From the NCBI GenBank assembly GCA_038748025.1, contig JBCDJI010000010.1, positions 69,453 to 133,452 of the forward strand: a stretch of 64,000 nucleotides of DNA, in the 5' to 3' direction. Numbering within the stretch: position 1 is the stretch's first letter; every line of letters starts with the position of its first letter. This document shows, piece after piece, positions 57,032 through 64,000 of this stretch. The DNA is from Verrucomicrobiota bacterium. Its GTDB lineage: Bacteria; Verrucomicrobiota; Verrucomicrobiia; Methylacidiphilales; JBCBYL01. Both the position numbers and the translations under genes were made by a program. The notes under the pieces are model-generated. The model did not search any database. It was not told the origin of the DNA and saw nothing but the letters and a program-made list of their open reading frames with translations.

Positions 57032-58129
57032 TCATTCCAACGGCAAATTTACGACAAACGTCGTGCCTTGGCCTTCCGTCGAAGTAAAACATACCGTACC
57101 GTCATGTGTTTTAACCAACCGCTCCAGCAGCAGCAGCCCCATACCATGATGCCTTTTTTCCTGTTTGGTCGTCCAGTGTTTGCAAAAAAGCTTTTTCATG
57201 TTCTCCGGAGATATCCCCTTGCCGTTATCAGATACCAGTATCAGACATCTCTGCTGTTTTATTCTGAACTGAATACTCAGTCTCCTTTTTCCTGCCATTT
57301 CATCCATGGCGGCGGCTGCATTTTCCAGTAAATTGGTTAATATCCTGCCAAACGGTATAACCGGTATCCCCACGATGACATCATCATCCACCGCGCGATG
57401 ATTCCAGACAATTTCTATTCCATCCCGATGATGGAGCAAGGCCACGGTTTCTTTAGCCGCATGAACCAGCTCTTTCAGTGGGGCAGGGTCATCACCTAGC
57501 GCTTTGTCAATCTCACGGTCTCGCCAGTGTTCCAGCAGACGGTTAATGTATTCAACCTGCCCCAGTAGCGTTGCTAGAAATATATCCGGCTTATCAGCAA
57601 CATTCTGCTGAATCTGGCTGTAGACGGAAAATTCCAAAGTGGTTAATCCATTACTCAAATCATGGATCAGATCGATCGTTTCAGAATCACTTTGCTGCTT
57701 CGCGTCTGTTTGTGCACTGTATCCGTTGGTGGGGCGGCGGCTTTTCCGGATCGCTTTAGAAACACAATCCAGCAGATATTTGGGACGGATCGGCTTTTCC
57801 AGATAATTTAGGGCCCCGCGACGCAGCGCTTGTACGGCGTCATCATAATTAGGATACCCGGTAAGCACCAGCACCGGAATCTCAGCATCATAATCATGAA
57901 TTTGTTTTAACCCGGAAAGTCCCACCTGATCCGGAAGGCACATATCCAATATTACAAGATGCGGCTTGGACTGATAAATGTGCAGCAGTCCATCCCGCAG
58001 TGTATTAGCGATACTGACATGATAAGTTCCCGAGAGTGCAAAACTAAAGACACGACTCACTTTTACATCATCGTCAATGATCAAAATGGAATTTCGATCT
58101 TTTATATGATTAGTGTCCAGTGCTTCCAT
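57032..58129 (-). CDS. Receiver domain fused to a histidine-kinase transmitter (REC-HK, PhcR-like architecture)
   Basis: Receiver ILIIDDD...VILDMCLPD...YLEKP. H-box IDLIHDLSNGL. N box LTNLLENAAAAM. G boxes SDNGKGI and HGMGLLL. Confidence 0.75.
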   Translation of the reverse strand: MEALDTNHIKDRNSILIIDDDVKVSRVFSFALSGTYHVSIANTLRDGLLHIYQSKPHLVILDMCLPDQVGLSGLKQIHDYDAEIPVLVLTGYPNYDDAVQALRRGALNYLEKPIRPKYLLDCVSKAIRKSRRPTNGYSAQTDAKQQSDSETIDLIHDLSNGLTTLEFSVYSQIQQNVADKPDIFLATLLGQVEYINRLLEHWRDREIDKALGDDPAPLKELVHAAKETVALLHHRDGIEIVWNHRAVDDDVIVGIPVIPFGRILTNLLENAAAAMDEMAGKRRLSIQFRIKQQRCLILVSDNGKGISPENMKKLFCKHWTTKQEKRHHGMGLLLLERLVKTHDGTVCFTSTEGQGTTFVVNLPLE

Positions 58130-58226
58130 AAATCAGGTTATCTATAGAGATACTAACAGACTCGCAAAATGTCACGACATTCCACGCCGTATATTTTAAA
58201 AGCCGCACCTCAGGCAGAGAACTAAT

Positions 58227-60488
58227 TTACACAGCCATGCACCTGGAAATCGCCCCACGATAACTGTCCTGGAGGTGGGATAAGCGAAATTCCAGTGTGC
58301 CAGATTTTAATATGACTCGCGATAACTTGTGCTCAGCAGTAACACCAATCTTTTGTGCATTCACCTTTAATCCACTAAACTGAGCAAGCAAGGCTTCTGT
58401 TTGGGTAGCCTCCGTGGTCAAGATGGCGCGGCCTTGTGTTTCGTTGAAAAGCAAGATATCAGGTCGCAAACAAGAAGTAGCAAAATCCACTTCATACCCG
58501 ATACCACTGTTCACCGCTGATTCTGTCAGCGCCAGTGCCAGCCCGCCGTCACTGATATCGTGCGCACTTTGGACCATACCCTGATGAATGACAGCACGCA
58601 CCGCATTCTGAAATCTAACCTCTGCTTCCAGATTCATTTCCGGCGGCATTCCTTTTTTAATTCCGTGGATTTCATATAAGAAAGCAGAAGCTCCCATCTC
58701 ACTGCCTTCGCCGCCGACCAGCACGATGTCGTGACCGGTCGACTGGAAATCCGAAGGAGTAATATGTTCGCGTTCTTCGATCAATCCTACCATAGCCATG
58801 ACCGGAGTCGGATCGATGGAACATTTCGGGTTCTTATTATAAAGACTGACATTTCCACCGGTGACAGGCGTTGCAAACGCACGGCAAGCTTCAGAGAGTC
58901 CTTCCACTGATTCACGGAATTGCCAGAAAACTTCCGGATCATGTGGATTTCCAAAATTCAGATTATCGGTGCAGCCGATCGGCAGGGCACCCGACATGGT
59001 GCAGTTCCGGGCCGATTCCGCGACAGCAATCATTGCCCCTCGGCGTGGATTCAGCGAACAATAGCGCCCATTACAATCCGCGGCCATGGCAATAAAGCGT
59101 TCGCCTCCGCTCTCGGTTTCAATGCGGATTACGGCAGCATCACCGCCCGGCACCAATACCGTATTCTTCTGCACCTGATGATCATACTGGCGGTAAACCC
59201 ATTCTTTCGAAGCGAGGCTGGGAGAATTCATGAGCGTGACCCAGTGCTGGGCCAGTTCCTCGGGCGCAGGCGAAGAGGGGAACTCTGCTTCGTAAGAGAA
59301 GGACTGAAGTGTCTTGAGGCCAGACGGCTCACGAACTTCACGATGATAGAGTGGTGCATCATCGGCCAACTCACGTGAGGGCACATCAGCTACCACATCA
59401 TCGCCAACCTTGATTACCGTCCGGCCGGTGTCCGTTACGTAGCCGATCTCAGCAGCATCCAGATCCCATTTGGCAAAGATGCGGCGCACCTCATCTTCAA
59501 AGCCTTTCTTTACGATGATCAGCATCCTTTCCTGCGATTCAGAGAGCATGATTTCATACGGCGTCATCCCGGTTTCACGCTGCGGCACCAGATTGAGGTC
59601 TACTTCAATGCCGGAACCTCCACGGCTGGCAGTTTCAATCGTCGAACAGGTCAGTCCGGCAGCACCCATGTCCTGCACGCCGACGACGGCCTCCGGATGT
59701 TGAAATAACTCCAGGCACGCCTCCAGCAACAGCTTCTCCATGAATGGATCCCCCACCTGAACTGCCGGACGATCTTCTTTGGATTCTTCTGTCAGGTCGC
59801 GTGAGGCGAAGGCGGCACCGGCCAGACCGTCCCGTCCGGTTTTGGCACCGACATAGAACACCGGATTGCCTACCCCGGATGCCGCTCCACGGCGGATCTG
59901 ATCATGCCGCAGGATGCCGAGATTGAAGGCATTTACCAACGGATTTCCATTGTAAGAGGGATCAAAGACGACTTCTCCCCCAACAGTCGGAACACCAATA
60001 CAGTTGCCGTAGTGGGCAATACCTTCCACTACTCCGGCCAGCAGCACGCGGTTGCGTTTGGCCTCCGCCGAGTCGCCACAGATCGGACCGAAGCGCAGTG
60101 AGTTCAAATTAGCGACCGGGCGTGCCCCCATGGTAAAGATATCGCGCAGGATACCGCCGACGCCGGTCGCCGCTCCTTGAAACGGCTCTACTGCACTCGG
60201 GTGGTTGTGGGATTCAATTTTAAAGCAGACGGCCATATTGCCGCCAATGTCGAGCACCCCGGCGTTTTCCTCTCCAGCTTTTACCAGAATCTTATCTCCT
60301 TCGGTCGGGAATTTTTTCAGTTCGGCACGTGAATTTTTATACGAGCAGTGCTCACTCCACATGACCGAAAAGATTCCGAGCTCGGTAAAGTTAGGCTCAC
60401 GTCCGAGAATCTCGAGGATGTGTTCATACTCCTCCGGTGTAATGCCGTGTTTATCGATCAGTTCAGGGGTAATTGCGGGATCTTTCAT
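58227..60488 (-). CDS. purL: Phosphoribosylformylglycinamidine synthase subunit PurL
   Basis: [14 protein letters not shown]...[25 protein letters not shown]. 753 aa. Confidence 0.95.
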   Translation of the reverse strand: MKDPAITPELIDKHGITPEEYEHILEILGREPNFTELGIFSVMWSEHCSYKNSRAELKKFPTEGDKILVKAGEENAGVLDIGGNMAVCFKIESHNHPSAVEPFQGAATGVGGILRDIFTMGARPVANLNSLRFGPICGDSAEAKRNRVLLAGVVEGIAHYGNCIGVPTVGGEVVFDPSYNGNPLVNAFNLGILRHDQIRRGAASGVGNPVFYVGAKTGRDGLAGAAFASRDLTEESKEDRPAVQVGDPFMEKLLLEACLELFQHPEAVVGVQDMGAAGLTCSTIETASRGGSGIEVDLNLVPQRETGMTPYEIMLSESQERMLIIVKKGFEDEVRRIFAKWDLDAAEIGYVTDTGRTVIKVGDDVVADVPSRELADDAPLYHREVREPSGLKTLQSFSYEAEFPSSPAPEELAQHWVTLMNSPSLASKEWVYRQYDHQVQKNTVLVPGGDAAVIRIETESGGERFIAMAADCNGRYCSLNPRRGAMIAVAESARNCTMSGALPIGCTDNLNFGNPHDPEVFWQFRESVEGLSEACRAFATPVTGGNVSLYNKNPKCSIDPTPVMAMVGLIEEREHITPSDFQSTGHDIVLVGGEGSEMGASAFLYEIHGIKKGMPPEMNLEAEVRFQNAVRAVIHQGMVQSAHDISDGGLALALTESAVNSGIGYEVDFATSCLRPDILLFNETQGRAILTTEATQTEALLAQFSGLKVNAQKIGVTAEHKLSRVILKSGTLEFRLSHLQDSYRGAISRCMAV

Positions 60489-60492
60489 TTTT

Positions 60493-60929
60493 AACCACTA
60501 ATGGACACTAATTTTCACTAATTAACGAACCACTCTCTTCCATTCTAGTTGGGGGTGGCTGGCAAAATTAATCAGGTAGCCAACTTTCATGCCTGCTGCT
60601 TTGAGGTAATTAAATAACGGAGCAAAATGCTCCGGTGCCAGTTTTTGAACAGCCTTTAGTTCTACTGTAATTTTTTCACTTACGATCAAATCCGGTTCGT
60701 AAGTCTGATTTAAAGAGCGCCCTTTATAATAAAGTTTTAACTTCGGCTTGGATTTGAAGGAGATATTCTGAATATCCAGCTCGTGTTCCAGGCATTCCTG
60801 ATAAACAGCTTTCAGAAAACCACTTCCTTTTTCATTATAGACTTCAAAAGCGGCAGCCATTAGTTCGTAGCCTTCCTGGTTGTATAAATTTTCCCCGTCA
60901 TTAGTGGCCATTAGTGTTAATCAGTGGTT
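60493..60929 (-). mobile_element. GxxExxY cassette 2: gene bounded by inverted arrays of 3 phased CACTAAT heptamers, inserted between purQ and purL
   Basis: Arm 60493..60523 is aacCACTAATggaCACTAATtttCACTAATt. Arm 60900..60929 is ATTAGTGgccATTAGTGttaATCAGTGgtt. The phasing is exactly 10 bp. Confidence 0.4.
60522..60911 (-). CDS. GxxExxY-family protein (PD-(D/E)xK nuclease-like), copy 2
   Basis: EVYNEKGSGFLKAVYQECL is the motif with E replaced by K. EPDLIVSEKITVELKA gives PD...ELK. 129 aa. Confidence 0.85.
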   Translation of the reverse strand: MATNDGENLYNQEGYELMAAAFEVYNEKGSGFLKAVYQECLEHELDIQNISFKSKPKLKLYYKGRSLNQTYEPDLIVSEKITVELKAVQKLAPEHFAPLFNYLKAAGMKVGYLINFASHPQLEWKRVVR

Positions 60930-61607
60930 TGATAACAGTGAATCGAAGAGTTTCTTGCCGTTGTCAGATCCAAGCAGGATTTCAGCGGCACGCTCCGGGT
61001 GGGGCATCATGCCGAAGACGTTGCCTTCACGGTTGCAGACGCCGGCAATGTTGGATACCGAGCCGTTGGGATTTGCTGCTTCGATCGCTTCCCCGTTTTC
61101 ATCCACGTAACGGAAAATGACCTGCCCATAAGATTCCATTTCTTTGAGCGTATCCTGATCGACAGTATAGTTGCCCTCTCCGTGGGCGATGGGGATCTGA
61201 AGCAGCTCCCCATCGTGCATGTGGGCAGTGATTTTAGTCCGGCTGTTGTCTACCCGCAGCGTCACTGTTTCACAGATGAAGTGCATATCGCGGTTTCGCA
61301 CCAACGCTCCCGGCAGCAGTCCCGCTTCACATAAGATTTGAAACCCGTTACATATCCCGATGATGGTTTGTCCATTGGCGGCCGCTTTTTTGACTGCATG
61401 CATAATTGGAGAAAAGCGGGCAATGGCACCGCATCGCAGATAATCCCCATAGGAAAATCCACCCGGGACGATGATGGTTTCATCGGGCTCCAGCGTTTCT
61501 TCTTTGTGCCAGACCATACGTGCCGGCTGGCCCATGACATCCCGGACGGCCCGCAGGCAATCCTGGTCACAATTGGAACCGGGAAATTGGAGAACAGCAA
61601 ATTTCAT
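60921..61607 (-). CDS. purQ: Phosphoribosylformylglycinamidine synthase glutaminase subunit PurQ
   Basis: FAVLQFPGSNCD...GICNGFQIL...MPHPER. The last 2 codons and the stop lie in the repeat arm. Confidence 0.95.
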   Translation of the reverse strand: MKFAVLQFPGSNCDQDCLRAVRDVMGQPARMVWHKEETLEPDETIIVPGGFSYGDYLRCGAIARFSPIMHAVKKAAANGQTIIGICNGFQILCEAGLLPGALVRNRDMHFICETVTLRVDNSRTKITAHMHDGELLQIPIAHGEGNYTVDQDTLKEMESYGQVIFRYVDENGEAIEAANPNGSVSNIAGVCNREGNVFGMMPHPERAAEILLGSDNGKKLFDSLLSNH

Positions 61608-61624
61608 AGTGATGTCTTAAAACT

Positions 61625-61711
61625 AACCACAGAGGACACGGAGGCCACAGAGCAGGAACATTTAATAAATCCGTTTTTAAAAGCTCTGTGTTTCCTGTGT
61701 CCTCTGTGATT
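61625..61711 (-). repeat. Cargo-less heptamer doublet (CACAGAG type) filling the purS|purQ junction
   Basis: aacCACAGAGgaCACGGAGgcCACAGAGc, a 29-nt spacer, then gCTCTGTGttTCCTGTGtcCTCTGTGatt. The phasing is 9 bp. Confidence 0.8.
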
Positions 61712-61717
61712 TAAAAA

Positions 61718-61960
61718 TTAGGGGGTTATTTCAATCCGGTAGTCTTCGATGACCGGGTTGGAGAGCAGGTCATGCGCAACCTCTTCCAGCCTGGCGCGCG
61801 TTTTTTCAACATCGCTTCCCTCGATCTCCATTTCAATGTATTTGCCGATCCGGGTGGTACCGACGCATTCCATTCCGAGATTATGGACGGCTTTACGCAC
61901 CGCTTCCCCCTGAGGGTCGAGAACCGTTGTCTTCGGGGTAACAATCACTACTGCTTTCAT
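61718..61960 (-). CDS. purS: Phosphoribosylformylglycinamidine synthase subunit PurS
   Basis: 80 aa. VLDPQGEAV...LG...V...RIGKYIEMEIE is typical of PurS. Confidence 0.9.
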   Translation of the reverse strand: MKAVVIVTPKTTVLDPQGEAVRKAVHNLGMECVGTTRIGKYIEMEIEGSDVEKTRARLEEVAHDLLSNPVIEDYRIEITP

Positions 61961-62040
61961 GAAGACTCCTTACTAGCGGGGAGACCCAGAAGTACACGCA
62001 GAAAATGACCGAAAGGTAAAATAATCTGCTGTATCAGATA

Positions 62041-63270
62041 CTAGAACTTATATCCCACGCTCGCCGTCAGGGTATGAAAGGTATATTCATAATCTCCATC
62101 CACAGACTGGCCTGCTGCACTGGGAGTGCTGCCGGAGACGGTTGTATCACCATTGATAAACTGATACGACAATGCATAGGTCCAATTCTTTCGTTCATAA
62201 GACCCGCCGATACTAAATGCATGCAGCGGAGTATCTGGAACCGCCGGGTTGTAGTTGATATCCTTGACGTTGTTTTCCGTATAAAAATAGCCCCCACTCA
62301 GCGTAAATCCGTTATCAAAATAGTAACTGAGTCCAAATTTATACATAAATCCGGATTTGTAATCAAAAGGGACGATTAGATTGGCGTTCCCAGGCGTCGG
62401 ACGCTCCAGGATGACATCTCCAATTTCATCCCAATTGGTGTATTCCAGATTGAATTCGACATTCCATTTAGGCGTCGGCCGGTAGGAAACACCGAAGGCA
62501 AAGGTGCTGGGAAAACGCACTTCGGCTTCAGAGTCCTCGACAGGGGAGATCGGACGAAGCATCAGATCTCCTTCATGGTCCACTTTCGTGGCACTGCGAT
62601 AATTAAAGCCAAACGACCATTCAGGAACAGGTTGCCAAAGCACCCCGGCACTGAATCCGAAGTCGAAGCCGTTTCCATCAAAACTGAGCTCGTCGGCAGA
62701 ACTGGTTCCTCCGGGAAATAGGCCATTCTTTAACTGGATCTGGCTGTAGTTGATGGTGGGCCCCATGGCAATCGACAACCCCTCAGTAACTTCCCAGGCA
62801 ACAACCGGATTAACACTGGTATACTGTAATGAAGCTTTGGTCACAAAAGTGCGAAAACCGGTGTCCTCCGGCCAGCTGAGTTTGAGACCGTAGCTATTGT
62901 TAATACCGAGGCCAAAAGCTAGCGGTAAGCTTTCGGGGTTATAGGTATAATAGAAATGAGGCACCGGCACAATGCGAAGATCGGTTTCCGGACTGGCTCC
63001 GGTCGGGCTGGTATACTGTGAATTAAGATAAACATTATAACTCCCGAAGGAAAGCTGGTGGCCTTCCAGTTGCGTAATACCAGCAGGATTGTAATAGACT
63101 GCAGAGGGATTGTCAGCCGTCGCGACGAATGCATTCCCGCGAGCGATGGCTTCAGCATCCTGATTGGGAACTCGGTATCCCAGTGACCAGGCGCTGTGCT
63201 GTAGACTGACAGTGCCGGCAAAAGTGATGAAAAAACAAACCCACGATATAAAATGCTTACGGATACTCAT
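62041..63270 (-). CDS. Outer-membrane transport protein, OmpP1/FadL/TodX family (hydrophobic compound channel)
   Basis: Signal peptide. N-terminal GYRVPNQDAEAIARGNAFVATADNPSAVYYNPAG hatch region. C-terminal aromatic terminus ...SVGYKF. Confidence 0.8.
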   Translation of the reverse strand: MSIRKHFISWVCFFITFAGTVSLQHSAWSLGYRVPNQDAEAIARGNAFVATADNPSAVYYNPAGITQLEGHQLSFGSYNVYLNSQYTSPTGASPETDLRIVPVPHFYYTYNPESLPLAFGLGINNSYGLKLSWPEDTGFRTFVTKASLQYTSVNPVVAWEVTEGLSIAMGPTINYSQIQLKNGLFPGGTSSADELSFDGNGFDFGFSAGVLWQPVPEWSFGFNYRSATKVDHEGDLMLRPISPVEDSEAEVRFPSTFAFGVSYRPTPKWNVEFNLEYTNWDEIGDVILERPTPGNANLIVPFDYKSGFMYKFGLSYYFDNGFTLSGGYFYTENNVKDINYNPAVPDTPLHAFSIGGSYERKNWTYALSYQFINGDTTVSGSTPSAAGQSVDGDYEYTFHTLTASVGYKF

Positions 63271-63379
63271 ATAAACAAGTTAGTGAAATCATATCCCATG
63301 GCGATCACAATATTTGCTGTTCAAACTTGGAAGTTTTCAGGAAACCGTTAATATATATTTAATTCAGCCGGAAAATCTC

Positions 63380-64000
63380 ATGAAAATGTCGCAGCCGTTT
63401 AAAGATAAAGTCGTCGTCGTTACTGGAGGAAGTTCAGGAATTGGATATGCTACGGCCATCGCTTTAGCTGAACAAGGTGCCCAGACAGCTGTGATTGCTG
63501 ACATTAATCAAAGTGGTCTCGAGTCCGCAGTCGCCTATGGCAACCAGCATGAACTTTCTATCGAAAGTATGCAGTTAGACGTTTCCAGTGCAGAAAATGT
63601 AGAACGGATGATTAAAACGGTGCTGGATAAACATGGACGCCTGGATTGTGCTGTAAATAACGCCGGGATTGAAGGCGAAATGAAGCCGACTCATGAATGT
63701 TCCGAGGAGAATTGGGACCGGGTCATGGGAGTCAATCTGAAAGGAATATGGCTGAGTATGAAATACGAATTGCAGGCCATGCTGGCTCAGGGTTCAGGCA
63801 GCATTGTTAATGTTTCATCAACGGCAGGTGTCGGTGGCCTGCCACAATGGAGTGCTTACTCTGCATCCAAACATGGGGTGCTGGGACTAACCAAGACCGC
63901 AGCCTTGGAATACGCCAAAACAGGTGTTCGCATTAATGCAGTATGCCCGGGTGCCATTGAAACTGCCATGACAGACCGCATCATTGAACGCGAGCCCTCC
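63380..64000 (+). CDS. SDR family oxidoreductase (3' end outside the window)
   Basis: This ORF is not in the track because it runs off the end. It reads [24 protein letters not shown] (TGxxxGIG), NNAG and [13 protein letters not shown] (YxxxK). The frame is open to base 64000. Confidence 0.85.
   Translation, partial: MKMSQPFKDKVVVVTGGSSGIGYATAIALAEQGAQTAVIADINQSGLESAVAYGNQHELSIESMQLDVSSAENVERMIKTVLDKHGRLDCAVNNAGIEGEMKPTHECSEENWDRVMGVNLKGIWLSMKYELQAMLAQGSGSIVNVSSTAGVGGLPQWSAYSASKHGVLGLTKTAALEYAKTGVRINAVCPGAIETAMTDRIIEREPS

Overview
This is a 64-kb chromosomal window of about 50% GC, densely coded with roughly 60 genes. Most are housekeeping genes: pyrH-frr, rpsB-tsf, alaS, mnmG, aroG-type DAHP synthase, purF, purS-purQ-purL, a transketolase-like enzyme and ndh.

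The gene content points weakly to a marine PVC/Verrucomicrobiota-like heterotroph. The cues are a short 195-aa EF-Ts, a long 639-aa PurF, two GxxExxY paralogs, an autotransporter and a xanthorhodopsin-type rhodopsin. This is inference only and cannot be verified here.

Accessory content:
- A three-gene light-harvesting operon: lycopene cyclase, Blh carotenoid dioxygenase and a DTE-motif rhodopsin.
- A TetR / old-yellow-enzyme / nitroreductase detox operon with a thrice-repeated operator-like palindrome.
- A glutaminase fused to STAS and cNMP-binding domains.
- The four-gene ligase-associated DNA damage response set (Lhr-like helicase, PdeM, MBL exonuclease, ATP-dependent ligase).
- A signalling cluster of three REC/histidine-kinase proteins around a 468-aa SAM methyltransferase. 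It resembles the phcBSRQ fatty-acid-methyl-ester quorum-sensing logic.

The most unusual signal is a repeat family that no standard feature type names. It consists of inverted arrays of heptamers with consensus C-R-C-N-R-A-N, usually three per arm, spaced one helical turn (9-10 bp) apart.
- Two such doublets enclose small GxxExxY (PD-(D/E)xK-like) nuclease genes. One sits between purQ and purL. The other sits between the divergent halves of the ligase-associated repair system.
- At least four cargo-less doublets or arrays sit at other gene junctions.
- One cargo-less arm is 34/34 bp identical to an arm of a gene-carrying cassette 15.5 kb away.

I propose these are a mobile or RNA-processing cassette system, analogous to RAYT/REPIN or to rRNA intervening sequences. 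No rRNA, tRNA or CRISPR array was seen.
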